Source: a virus (Duplodnaviria > Heunggongvirae > Uroviricota > Caudoviricetes). Taken from it: DNA of 64,000 nt. The DNA is taken from the IMG/VR virus record IMGVR_UViG_3300010162_000009. The stretch is one strand, 5' to 3'. Of this stretch, positions 35,751 through 46,224 are shown piece after piece. How positions within the stretch are numbered: the stretch's first letter is position 1; every line of letters begins with the position of its first letter. The position numbers and the translations under genes are program-made. The notes beneath the pieces are model-generated. The model did not search any database. It was not told the DNA's origin and worked only from the letters and a program-made list of their open reading frames with translations.

Positions 35751-38700
35751 TGAACGGAAATATAGCAGTATCAGAATTAGCAATTTTTGCGGTACCATAA
35801 AGATATTTACCCTTTCTAATAGCATCTAAATATCTTGTTACAGAATTTTTTCCTAAAACAATATATGTTTGTCCAGAAAGCGTAAATTTTCTATCAGGAA
35901 TATCTTTTACTACACCTTTTATTGTTTTTATATTAATGTAACTACCGGTTTCTGGTGGTAATTCTAATATATAATAAAGGTTTTTTATTTTGTTTTTTAT
36001 ATCATTGATTACTAATGTCACATTTTCCCCATTATAAATATAGTTGCGAATAATATAGAAAGACCAATGATCTGAACCTCTTGTAGCATATTTTGATTCT
36101 TCACATGGTGGCGTTTGAAAATATTCTGAAGGAAGTGTTTCTCCTCTCTTAGAAGATACTTGGTAATAACAAACTAAATTATCGTTATCATCATACCATT
36201 CAACAACAGTTCCGGTTTTATCAAATCTATTTGTTTTACTATACACACAATTACTCATATAATCAGGTGCACCATTAGGATCATAGTTAAATATGTAAAT
36301 ATCATTTTCTTTTTGTTCATCATACGGTATTTGAAGTACCTCATTTAATATTTTTCTTATTCTATCCACACCCTCAGTTAACATTGTCTGTTCTACTTGA
36401 ACATTTTCCAATCTTTCCGGGATTTCGATATATATTTCATTTTCAGAAAAATTATTACCATTGAAACTAGTTTCATTAGTGTTATCTTCTATGTATCTAC
36501 TAATGGTTTCTACCCAATCAACAGCATCAAATGGACAATCTGCCTTTAATATAGTATTACCCGAATTTCCCCATATAGAATCTCTGAAACGAACAGCACT
36601 ATCATGACTGAAAGACCATGAATTACCTAACAACTCATCTCTTTTAATATCTGATAATTTATCTACTCTTATACTACGCCATACAGGAAACGGATTTTCA
36701 AATTTAGCAAAATATTGACATATAGAAAGTATTTTTGTTATCATTTGTTTTTCACTCTCAAATGGATAGTTACCATCTTCATCACCATTATCGTCATCAG
36801 AACCAGGATATAAACCATCATATGGTCCGGTATTTCTAATATAATCAATAACATCTTCTACTGTTATTCCTAATTTATTTATAGATTGAATAACATCCAC
36901 TTGTCTTTCGGACATTATAAACCTTTTTGGTTTACTATTTTTTGATTCTGCAAGATTATTATCTTCTATTTGATTTCCATTTAAGTCAAAGACAATTCTC
37001 TCATTTTTATAATCATTATAATAACCAGACATGCTTTTGTAAACAATATATTTGTTTTTTATATCATCTGGTAAAATATCATAATATTCTATTGGAATTA
37101 TTATATTGTTGTTTTTATCTATCACACCTTTTCTTTTACTTTCATCGCTAACAAAATAAACATTGAAGTTATTATAAGGCTCTATTCTATTATATATAAA
37201 TGGAATTATAACATTTCCTTTTACATCAACAACCCCTCTTTTTCCGTTACCATCCAAACTTATAAATTCACCTGGTGTTAAACCATCAGAGTATTTAGAA
37301 TACCCAAATGGCTTTATAACTTCATTATTTAAATTTATTATTCCCTCTTTATTTAAGTCATTTCTTACACGATAAGTATTATCTTTTTCCGGTAGAACGC
37401 CGAGATACTTTATTGGAATAACTATCTCACCGTTTGAATCGAGTACCCCAACAAGATTATTTTGTTTTACACGATACATACCATTTGAATCATATACAAT
37501 CGTATCGTATTCTGGTGGTATTTTAATACTAGTTTTTAGATTTATAATACCAACCTTATCTGTTCGTTGTTTTACGCGAAACAACATACCCTCTACGTCA
37601 ATATTTTCTATTTCTGAATAAATTAGAGGAATAATTTCCTCATCATTTATGTCTATAACACCCTTCCCTTCATTACCGTGTACTATAAATTTATTACCAC
37701 CTATTGGTATTATATCATCATAATACGATGTGAGTTCTTCTTCTTGTCCATTAATAATAACATAACCATCATCATTACTTACCAAATATGTGTTATTATA
37801 TAATAGTTCAATACTACTATATGCATCATAAAAAATTGGTGCACCATTAACATCTAAAAGCATCGCACTATCATTATATTCTCCTGAAACCACAAATGTC
37901 CCGTCTTCAAGTTCAGATATATTATCATATGATAAACCTAACATTTTTTTAACACCAACTCTTTCTTCAAAGAAATCAAATAAACCGCTTGTAGCATTAA
38001 TTTCATCCATAACAGGTTTATATATACTTTCATCAGTTTCATCCATAAATTGCTCACTTTCAAAATGGAATTGATATTTTTCATTGTATCTTTTACCTAT
38101 TACAATGTAAAGAGGACCATTTTTATTGTAATGGTCAAACATGTTATTATTTTCAGCAGCAGTACACCACTGTGTCCCTTTACCATAATATTTTGCCGCC
38201 TCTTCTGTTTTAGGATGAATCACAACAAAGGCATCATCCTCATATAATTTATCAGCACCCTCAACTTTTGTGTGTTTTATTTCTTCACCTTTTGAAGCAA
38301 ATTCTTCACCTTCTAAATAGGGTCTAATAACCGAATATAAACTACTTAATGATATATGTGAATTAATATTATTATTTTCTAATTTACCGGATTTCGATAA
38401 TTTGTCAAATACAGGTAGATATTCTTTTGCTTTGTATAAATCTTCTAATTTTAGTTGTGATTTAACTCTTTTTTTGTCTGTGTATAACCACAACAACCAT
38501 TTTGCATATTTACCCAACTTATCTCTATCTAAATTTGTTGTAACTGTGTCGGCAGAGGCAATCTGTTTGAAAACATCTTCTGGAATATCAGGATAATATG
38601 TTTTATGAATATCCTTTGCAGACATTTCAAACAAATAGTTATAATCTTCACCTACTACTTCTTTAACTAACGATTCTACTGTTCTAAAACGCCCTGACGT

Positions 38701-41700
38701 ATGAGCAATCGCACCAAGTTTTGGTGTTATTTCCTTATCCGATTTTGCAACTTCAGTTGCCCTTCTTAATTCTTCATCAACCCATTTCATCAGTTTATCC
38801 GCCGATATTAACCATGCGTCTTTATCCTGTTCTTCACCACTCATCTGACCGGTATAATTATCTCTCCAATCAACAAGGGTGTACATCCATTTATATGTTA
38901 TTTTTCCTTTTCTTTCAATAATATTTTGAAGTCGTTTATAATTTTTACATAATGTGTATTTAGAAACATCTTTAACTTTATCATATTTAGATTTCAGTTC
39001 AAAATATAATTCTTCTGGTATTTGAAATGTTCTATGTTTTAATTTTTGATTATCTTCGGATACTATTTCACCTATATTAATATCATCACCATTTCTTGCC
39101 GCTAATTGTTGCAGGTGTTGATCAACCAATTTTTTTTGCTCTTTACCTGTTTTGAATAAATCAGGTGCTAATTTTTGAGTTTCGTTAAAAACCATATCTT
39201 GTATATAGGTTTTACTTTCCATTGCATTTCGTGTTAATACATTTCTGGTAGTAATAACGTTTGATAGTTTTTCCATCATATCACGTAGTTCCATTCTTTG
39301 TGCACCAGACATACCAGACTGGTCTACTTGGTCTAATATAAAGTTATAAATATAAACCTTACTTCTCTGTGTTGTTAACCTTGTTTTAATAATATTTGCA
39401 GCATCATTTATTTTTCCAACGTATTGACTAATAAAACTCAAATTCACACTAGTATCACCAAGAATATACTTCAATATCAAAAAACTCTCAGTAGCACCTT
39501 TTGTTTTGTTATTAATAACATCAATAAGTAAATCAATTTTATGTTCATCTATTTCTTCCATTCTATCGTCAGGATCAGCATTATCATCATCTTCTTCAAA
39601 GGAAATATCGCGCAAGGTATCTGCATTATCGGCAGCGGTTTTTTTCTGTTGTTTAAGAGGTGATAATTGAATTTCATTCAAATAATCTTGAATGGTATCT
39701 TTAATTGTATTTTCATGCGTTTTTTTTAAACCATCTTCACTTTTTTTCCAATTTTCAATATATTCGTTAATAGTATCTCCTCTTATTGGTAATCTTAAAT
39801 CTTCATCAAAAAAACTATTATCTCTTGAATTGAAAATTATATTTTTTTCTTTTGATCCAATATAACGAAAATTATCATATTTAACTTCATAAAAACGACA
39901 TTTATAATCACAATTTTCCTTATTATTTCTATAATCATAAGAATTAGTAATACGTATGGGTTTTACCGTATCAAATAGAAATTTTCCATTTGGATCAATT
40001 ATATTATCACAATTATCTTTTACGTTTCTACATAATGTATAACCATACTTATCCGTATCTGGTGTTTCATCATGATTTTCAAACGGAATCCAGTTATTAA
40101 ACATCATTGTTCCATCTGTTTTTCCAATATTATATGTTTTGTCTAAAAAAAGAATAAACGTTTTACTTACTTCATTATATCCACTATGTGATGTAAACCC
40201 ATGTTCATATTCAGGAAACAACAAAGAATAACAACCGCTGTTCGGATCAATAATATTACCCTTATCATCGCCAATTAGAACATTAAAACGTTTATTTTTA
40301 TAAACAATCCACCATACTTCATCTAACCCTTTTATTCTATTTAATCGTATATCACCATGATATAGATCATCTATTTTAAAAAGTTCATTCAAATTATCTT
40401 CTCTAAAATATTTTAATTTTTCTTTTTTAATGTGTAATTCTTCTTCTGAATATGGTTTAAAGACACTATAAAAATTTCTACCAATCAAATCACTTATCTG
40501 CTCCGTGTTCATACTATTGTCGTTTCCCCCATTGTCATGGTTATATCTTGTCGTACAAGTGTTCAGCGAACCATCATCGTTAATACCAACCGCAATCATA
40601 CTTAATCCATAATCATCTAATGGATTACCCTCCTCTTTACTTTCTTCACCAATGTTTTCCCAACCCTCGTTTAATAGAAAATAAAATCGACCCAAACCGT
40701 CTTTGGTGTATGTGTTATAGTTATTTTCAGATTGAGCAACACACCATGGTGCATATTCATAATATTCACGAGCATCTTCATAACTGTCAATGGGGATTAT
40801 TGTGTATCTATTGTTTTTATCATTATATCGTTTTTGATTTATTTTATTTTTATCTGTTTCCAAATGTTGTTGACCAACTGTTTGAAAACGATTAACCAAT
40901 TCTTCTGCTGATAAACCATTCAAATCTTCGTTATAATCATCATGCCCTTCTAAAAATTTTAATGATTTATTTAAATCGTTAATTATAGTATAATCTTTTA
41001 GTTGATTAGATACATACATTCTCACAATTCCTAACATGTATTTACATTCTGCAACTCTGGAATTAGAAATGTTAGTTCTAATATTATCCAGAATTCTCTG
41101 TGTTTGTTCTTGAGACATTTCATGAACATCTTTAAGGTATTTTCTTGCTTTGGATAGGTTTTTACTTTCTTTACTTTCGGACAATATATCTTTAACAATG
41201 TCAGAAATTTTTAATGTGGTTTCATCTAATGTTTCTTCATTCATTTCTATACCTATTTTGTATTTTTCACTACCGGGTTCCGCACTACCTATTACACCAT
41301 GGTATGGACTGATTACTGAACTTAATTCTATAATATTTTGTTCTGCTAACGATTTGTAAAAATATATTGCTTTTCGTTGTTTTTTATTTTTATGTGAATT
41401 TAGCCACACTTTGAATATTTCAATATCTACTTCGGTTATATATTTAAATCCATTCCACCCTTTTTCATAATTTGATAAATATGCTTTTTTTGCTTCTTTT
41501 GAATTATTGAAACCCATCATAACTTTGGTTTCATCAAATTCGTTTCCTTTGTATTGGTCAATACAGAATATTTTATCAGAATCAAGATTATCACCAATAA
41601 AAACATCAACAGCATCACCATCTATCGCTTTACTTTGGACAAAATAACCATATGTGTTATTCATCTTGGTTTTCCATTCCCTACCAGTGTCGTCTACTCC

Positions 41701-41883
41701 CTTTCGATAACTACCCTTAGGGTTTTCTATTGCAATTTCAAAACCATGAATATTTACCCTACCCTTTTTGTAATTACCTGCTTCCTTCTGTCCTTGGGTT
41801 GGATTTGTATTGGTTTCCTTTTCCGCTTTTTTTAGTTCTTGCTTGATGGTTTCTTCTATGATTTGACTGATATTCATGAACAT
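35728..41883 (-). CDS. Large polyvalent protein: InPase-like domain, two WC-motif domains, WG-like repeats, ADP-ribosyltransferase-like domain
   Basis: QKEAGNYKKG..IAIENPKGS..YGY..DGDAVDVFIG; APWCVA and TQWCTAA; repeated GxI(D/N)xxGxxIIP; VWRS..SWSF..ENE. Confidence 0.8.
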   Translation of the reverse strand: MFMNISQIIEETIKQELKKAEKETNTNPTQGQKEAGNYKKGRVNIHGFEIAIENPKGSYRKGVDDTGREWKTKMNNTYGYFVQSKAIDGDAVDVFIGDNLDSDKIFCIDQYKGNEFDETKVMMGFNNSKEAKKAYLSNYEKGWNGFKYITEVDIEIFKVWLNSHKNKKQRKAIYFYKSLAEQNIIELSSVISPYHGVIGSAEPGSEKYKIGIEMNEETLDETTLKISDIVKDILSESKESKNLSKARKYLKDVHEMSQEQTQRILDNIRTNISNSRVAECKYMLGIVRMYVSNQLKDYTIINDLNKSLKFLEGHDDYNEDLNGLSAEELVNRFQTVGQQHLETDKNKINQKRYNDKNNRYTIIPIDSYEDAREYYEYAPWCVAQSENNYNTYTKDGLGRFYFLLNEGWENIGEESKEEGNPLDDYGLSMIAVGINDDGSLNTCTTRYNHDNGGNDNSMNTEQISDLIGRNFYSVFKPYSEEELHIKKEKLKYFREDNLNELFKIDDLYHGDIRLNRIKGLDEVWWIVYKNKRFNVLIGDDKGNIIDPNSGCYSLLFPEYEHGFTSHSGYNEVSKTFILFLDKTYNIGKTDGTMMFNNWIPFENHDETPDTDKYGYTLCRNVKDNCDNIIDPNGKFLFDTVKPIRITNSYDYRNNKENCDYKCRFYEVKYDNFRYIGSKEKNIIFNSRDNSFFDEDLRLPIRGDTINEYIENWKKSEDGLKKTHENTIKDTIQDYLNEIQLSPLKQQKKTAADNADTLRDISFEEDDDNADPDDRMEEIDEHKIDLLIDVINNKTKGATESFLILKYILGDTSVNLSFISQYVGKINDAANIIKTRLTTQRSKVYIYNFILDQVDQSGMSGAQRMELRDMMEKLSNVITTRNVLTRNAMESKTYIQDMVFNETQKLAPDLFKTGKEQKKLVDQHLQQLAARNGDDINIGEIVSEDNQKLKHRTFQIPEELYFELKSKYDKVKDVSKYTLCKNYKRLQNIIERKGKITYKWMYTLVDWRDNYTGQMSGEEQDKDAWLISADKLMKWVDEELRRATEVAKSDKEITPKLGAIAHTSGRFRTVESLVKEVVGEDYNYLFEMSAKDIHKTYYPDIPEDVFKQIASADTVTTNLDRDKLGKYAKWLLWLYTDKKRVKSQLKLEDLYKAKEYLPVFDKLSKSGKLENNNINSHISLSSLYSVIRPYLEGEEFASKGEEIKHTKVEGADKLYEDDAFVVIHPKTEEAAKYYGKGTQWCTAAENNNMFDHYNKNGPLYIVIGKRYNEKYQFHFESEQFMDETDESIYKPVMDEINATSGLFDFFEERVGVKKMLGLSYDNISELEDGTFVVSGEYNDSAMLLDVNGAPIFYDAYSSIELLYNNTYLVSNDDGYVIINGQEEELTSYYDDIIPIGGNKFIVHGNEGKGVIDINDEEIIPLIYSEIENIDVEGMLFRVKQRTDKVGIINLKTSIKIPPEYDTIVYDSNGMYRVKQNNLVGVLDSNGEIVIPIKYLGVLPEKDNTYRVRNDLNKEGIINLNNEVIKPFGYSKYSDGLTPGEFISLDGNGKRGVVDVKGNVIIPFIYNRIEPYNNFNVYFVSDESKRKGVIDKNNNIIIPIEYYDILPDDIKNKYIVYKSMSGYYNDYKNERIVFDLNGNQIEDNNLAESKNSKPKRFIMSERQVDVIQSINKLGITVEDVIDYIRNTGPYDGLYPGSDDDNGDEDGNYPFESEKQMITKILSICQYFAKFENPFPVWRSIRVDKLSDIKRDELLGNSWSFSHDSAVRFRDSIWGNSGNTILKADCPFDAVDWVETISRYIEDNTNETSFNGNNFSENEIYIEIPERLENVQVEQTMLTEGVDRIRKILNEVLQIPYDEQKENDIYIFNYDPNGAPDYMSNCVYSKTNRFDKTGTVVEWYDDNDNLVCYYQVSSKRGETLPSEYFQTPPCEESKYATRGSDHWSFYIIRNYIYNGENVTLVINDIKNKIKNLYYILELPPETGSYINIKTIKGVVKDIPDRKFTLSGQTYIVLGKNSVTRYLDAIRKGKYLYGTAKIANSDTAIFPFINDFPNL

Positions 41884-41915
41884 ATTTTTGTATAAATAGA
41901 ATTAAATGATTTCTT

Positions 41916-41923
41916 CAAAGATA
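41916..41923 (-). promoter_or_regulatory. Bacteroidota-type -7 box TAnnTTTG
   Basis: Minus strand reads TTATTTGTATCTTTG upstream of the polyvalent gene. Confidence 0.55.
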
Positions 41924-42027
41924 CAAATAATTTTTATTTTCGTTTTTATTCTTTTAATTTGATTTTTTTTCAAAAAAAATGTGTATTTATAATTATAAAT
42001 AATAGAACTCACAAAGATATTACAGAT

Positions 42028-42618
42028 ATGTTAATACAGCAGATAACACATAAGGGAACACCAGGTTTCTGGGAAATTATAGAAGGGGATCTTCCAGTTG
42101 GTTTGGATATGGATCCGGAAACCGGGGACGTAAGCGGTTATCCTAGAGAATATGGAGATTTTGAAATCAGAGTTAGGTTTAGTAATAGTTGCGGGTCGGT
42201 TGAAAAAGATATTATTGTACGTGTTTGCACATCACCGGAAATAATGTCAGAAGGGTTGACATTTGAAATTGAGGAAGAATCTGGTAATACAGTGTATGCC
42301 GGTGGATTACAGCAAACGACACCACCAACAAGCGATTTAGAAATTCAAGAATTGACAACAATAATTTATAATGCTGAAAAAGGTCGTAAATTTAATTTTG
42401 AAGCACCTGTTGGATCAATGATGGTTTGTATAGCGGTACCTATTGGGTTTGAACCACCAGCCGAAATAAGAAATCGCGATTGGGGATATAATATGGATGA
42501 TGAATTTCAAAAATCTAACATATTGGTAACAGTGGATAGCGAAGTATATGAAATATTCTATCACTACACGGTACCTTTAGTGTTTGTAGAACCAATGGAT
42601 TTGGAAGTTACTTTATAA
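42028..42618 (+). CDS. Virion protein with putative Ig (He_PIG-like) domain
   Basis: GDLPVGLDMDPETGDVSGYP; start re-called to ATG 42028. Confidence 0.75.
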   Translation: MLIQQITHKGTPGFWEIIEGDLPVGLDMDPETGDVSGYPREYGDFEIRVRFSNSCGSVEKDIIVRVCTSPEIMSEGLTFEIEEESGNTVYAGGLQQTTPPTSDLEIQELTTIIYNAEKGRKFNFEAPVGSMMVCIAVPIGFEPPAEIRNRDWGYNMDDEFQKSNILVTVDSEVYEIFYHYTVPLVFVEPMDLEVTL

Positions 42619-42640
42619 TCAATATATAAAACAGAATAAA

Positions 42641-43177
42641 ATGGGTAAACCACTTACAAAAAGAATACAGAGGAGATATCCGGAAGCACTTGATATAACA
42701 GAAGTTCATCCTGATAGATTAGATGCGGAAGATTATGCTTTAATCAATCCAACATCTTATACAGGACAGATTCTTTCATTTACAGAAAATGGTGTTACAA
42801 GAGCAGGTATTATACAACCAGATAAAAGAATATTTGATATAACACCGGTAACATATATTTGGAATGCTACTTTCAACAATCAAAACCCGGCAATTAGGGA
42901 TGGTACAGTTACCGTTCATACCGTATATAATACAAATCCGATAAGAAGGGTTGCAGATGTTCATCTTAGGGTTAATATAACAAGCGGTACCACAACAATA
43001 TATTTACCATTTCCAGCAGATAATAGTAGAACAACACAAATATTATCTGTAATTACTGCTGAACAAGGAAATAACAGATTTCAATATTTTCAATTAACAC
43101 AAACCGGATTACCAATTAGCGGTCTTTCCGCAGGATATATTACAGTATTTGGGAGATATTCAATTCTAAATTATTAA
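42641..43177 (+). CDS. Probable tail-fibre/virion protein
   Basis: 178 aa, Thr/Asn-rich beta character; context only. Confidence 0.6.
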   Translation: MGKPLTKRIQRRYPEALDITEVHPDRLDAEDYALINPTSYTGQILSFTENGVTRAGIIQPDKRIFDITPVTYIWNATFNNQNPAIRDGTVTVHTVYNTNPIRRVADVHLRVNITSGTTTIYLPFPADNSRTTQILSVITAEQGNNRFQYFQLTQTGLPISGLSAGYITVFGRYSILNY

Positions 43178-43179
43178 TA

Positions 43180-43431
43180 ATGATAAAAAGAAGAAATAAA
43201 GAAGGTGACGACATGATTAGATTAGTAGACCTAAACGAAGATTATGTTACAATAATAAATAGAGTAGATGGTGTTGTAACAATTCCAAACTCAGAAGACG
43301 GAAGACATGTTTTAGAAGATTTTCATTTATTACCAAACGATTTATTACATGATGTAATGGATGTTTTTGGTGAAGAAGCAACAGTTGAAGATCCTATTAT
43401 AGAACCGCCACAAGGTGAAGAAGAGGAATAA
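43180..43431 (+). CDS. Hypothetical acidic protein
   Basis: 83-aa ORF. Confidence 0.65.
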   Translation: MIKRRNKEGDDMIRLVDLNEDYVTIINRVDGVVTIPNSEDGRHVLEDFHLLPNDLLHDVMDVFGEEATVEDPIIEPPQGEEEE

Positions 43432-43436
43432 TTATT

Positions 43437-43841
43437 ATGTTCAAATTATTGAAAATAAGCGATAGAAGAATAATTTTTATTCTTATAGCACTTTTTTCTT
43501 TAGTGTTATTCACCAGTTTTAATGGTAGTAACAAACAAGAACCGCGCAATCAGATAGTAGAAATAACTGATTGGGAATTACATTATTACTCACAATTACT
43601 TAAACACTGTCAAACTACTGTAGATCGGCGATTGGTCGCATTTATTATGGATGATCTTATGGGTTATATTGAGGATAGAAAAATCAACTATAGTGAATAT
43701 ATTACAGTACTACACAAAATAGACGAACATCTAAAATTAAATATTAATAAACTGCGCGACTTTGATAAAAGTAAAGTCGCTGCTTACGTTAAAATAGTCA
43801 AAGAATCAGACGTTATTTTCAATTTTATACCACATCAATAA
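43437..43841 (+). CDS. Hypothetical protein with N-terminal membrane anchor
   Basis: RRIIFILIALFSLVLFTSF. Confidence 0.7.
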   Translation: MFKLLKISDRRIIFILIALFSLVLFTSFNGSNKQEPRNQIVEITDWELHYYSQLLKHCQTTVDRRLVAFIMDDLMGYIEDRKINYSEYITVLHKIDEHLKLNINKLRDFDKSKVAAYVKIVKESDVIFNFIPHQ

Positions 43842-43853
43842 TGTAAATATCAT

Positions 43854-44036
43854 ATGTCCAACTCCTTATATATAGGATTAATGGATGTACCGCAAGAAGT
43901 TTCAAAAACTCAAAACGATACGGATTTGTCGTCAAATAGCGATATGGGTGAGGATTGTGTTTCAAGAGCGTCTAACAAAGAAAAAGAGGATGATATGATC
44001 GCCCAAACACTGGTCAATTTCCTTAAAAGTATCTGA
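43854..44036 (+). CDS. Hypothetical protein
   Basis: 60-aa ORF. Confidence 0.55.
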   Translation: MSNSLYIGLMDVPQEVSKTQNDTDLSSNSDMGEDCVSRASNKEKEDDMIAQTLVNFLKSI

Positions 44037-44090
44037 CAACTATACGAAAATTTTTCCTTTTATTTATATTATATTAAAAAAGAAATATAG

Positions 44091-46178
44091 ATGGAAGAAG
44101 CCCCAAGAGAAATTAGTAGATACAGCATAGCCTTTGCAAAAGCGAACCACAAATGCGGAACAGTAGTTCAATTTTATGATAATGATATTTTATATCCGGT
44201 TGGAAATGTTTCTGCAAACAGATTTTTAGCTGGGGTTGAAATTGTTAATTCTGGTAGTGGTTATACAACACCGCCAACAATAACATTTAGCGGCGGTGTT
44301 AGTTGCGCTTCCGCTATTGTTAAAGTAAACGGTGGTAGTATATCAGAGGTATTGGTTATAAATCAAGGAATTGGTACTAACAACGATCCGATAATATTGA
44401 CAATAGGTGGAACAAATCAAACTGCAATATTAAGACCGATAGAGGGGGGTTGTGTTATAAAACAAAAAGATACAATCAAATTAGATTATACAAACGAAAA
44501 TTACCTATCACCAACAGAGTTTCCAAAAGTTCCGCCGTATCCAAATATTGGTGGATCGGTACCAAATTCTGACGAATATATAACAGGAAGCGAATATATA
44601 ACAATGGTTGGTGATGGAAGTGGTAGTCCGGGACAATTGGGTACAGGAAAAAGATTAACAGACCTACCTAGTTGTATAGCAACCCCATTAAGAGTTGATA
44701 TTATTCCTTCAATAGAAAAAATGTCTTATTATAAACCTGGTGGAAGGTGTATAAAAAACATAATAGTAGAAGAAGGTGGAAGTGGGTATGTGGTTGGTAA
44801 CATAAATATAACCATCGAAGACCCACCAGATTCGGACAATAAACCTGTAATCGGTAATATTATAATTGATGGTGACGGAGCAATATTAAGCGTTGATGTT
44901 ATTAGTGGCGGAATGGGGTATATAACACCACCGATTATTACGGTTAATATCGGAGTAACACAAGCAAAACTTATAGCAAATTTATGCGCGGGTGAAGAAG
45001 ATTCAAGAATATTTAATGCTTATGTTTTTGGAGGAAACAATCCTTCTCAACTTATTACGTGGGAGTCGCAACACGGTTCATTTACAACAACACATCGTAC
45101 ATCAGGAGGAGTTGTTCTTTCTGATACAGGGATATTTAAACCATATAAAACAGTAGAATTAGCAAGAATACCAATTATAGCAAAAATGTATTCTACACCA
45201 ACAATATTTGGTGAAGCAACCCTATATTTAGAACCACAAATAATGTCCGACTGGCCAACCCCTGAAAAAGGATATACGAGCGGTAAAAACATGGTAATAA
45301 AATTCTGGGTATTTGGAGGGGGTACTAACCAAAATCTAAATATAGTAGTTAAAAACTCTTCAACAACGCCGAGTTCATCTACTTTTAATACTTCAACAAA
45401 CACATTAACTGTTGGTAATAATGAAATGTCTAAATATCTTATTCTTGAAGTAACATCAAATTCATCACCACAATTAGACCCGCTTATTCTAAACGTTTAT
45501 AAAAAATACATTCAACTAACATCCGACGAAGACGGAAATAATATTGTTGAATACCATATAATATCAGCTGGATATAATTGTGGTGATGAAATACAATTAT
45601 ATTCATGGTTAAGAATTGATGATAGAACAGAATATGAATCATTTAATTACACAAGACAAGAAGTTACAACACTATCAAATTGGTCAATAAGTGGAAATAC
45701 ATTACCAGAAACAAAAATTGAAGATGGGTTATTAACTTTAGGTATTAGAGACACGGTTTATCAATCAGGTTTTGTAATACCAAGCGGACAATTCATTTAT
45801 ATACCGGGTGATGGTGAAATAACAAGTATTAAAATAATCAATGGTGGAGAAAACTACGATTCAGATTTTCAAGCGACAATAACAGCATCAAATGGGAATG
45901 TTATTGAATTGGAATTGGAAGTCGATGATGGTAAAATAATCGGGGTAACTATTTCAGATGGTGATAATAGTGGTTTTACTCCGTTGGATGAAATTGAAAT
46001 AATATTACCAGATCCTATACCAGATCCTCTACCAACAGGTTTTAAATATGAGTTAGTAATAGACGAGCATTTAGAAGTTGATGGTATTCCAACAGTATTT
46101 ATACGAGAATGTGAGAAGGGAAATATTAGAATCAATGTTAATTATGACGGAGTGATAGGTAGTACAAGAACCCCATAA
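44091..46178 (+). CDS. Virion/tail protein with repeated (I/V)xxxxGGxGY motifs
   Basis: VEIVNSGSGY, IIVEEGGSGY, VDVISGGMGY, IKIINGGENY; TATTTATA upstream at 44061. Confidence 0.75.
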   Translation: MEEAPREISRYSIAFAKANHKCGTVVQFYDNDILYPVGNVSANRFLAGVEIVNSGSGYTTPPTITFSGGVSCASAIVKVNGGSISEVLVINQGIGTNNDPIILTIGGTNQTAILRPIEGGCVIKQKDTIKLDYTNENYLSPTEFPKVPPYPNIGGSVPNSDEYITGSEYITMVGDGSGSPGQLGTGKRLTDLPSCIATPLRVDIIPSIEKMSYYKPGGRCIKNIIVEEGGSGYVVGNINITIEDPPDSDNKPVIGNIIIDGDGAILSVDVISGGMGYITPPIITVNIGVTQAKLIANLCAGEEDSRIFNAYVFGGNNPSQLITWESQHGSFTTTHRTSGGVVLSDTGIFKPYKTVELARIPIIAKMYSTPTIFGEATLYLEPQIMSDWPTPEKGYTSGKNMVIKFWVFGGGTNQNLNIVVKNSSTTPSSSTFNTSTNTLTVGNNEMSKYLILEVTSNSSPQLDPLILNVYKKYIQLTSDEDGNNIVEYHIISAGYNCGDEIQLYSWLRIDDRTEYESFNYTRQEVTTLSNWSISGNTLPETKIEDGLLTLGIRDTVYQSGFVIPSGQFIYIPGDGEITSIKIINGGENYDSDFQATITASNGNVIELELEVDDGKIIGVTISDGDNSGFTPLDEIEIILPDPIPDPLPTGFKYELVIDEHLEVDGIPTVFIRECEKGNIRINVNYDGVIGSTRTP

Positions 46179-46224
46179 TCTAGTTTGAAAAAAGAATTTT
46201 TTCTTATTTATAGTAAAATAGATA

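Noticed and set aside
36927-41835. Several plus-strand ORFs of 64-93 aa
   Set aside because: Shadows of the 2051-aa minus-strand gene with atypical composition; the same applies to short antisense ORFs inside other long genes.
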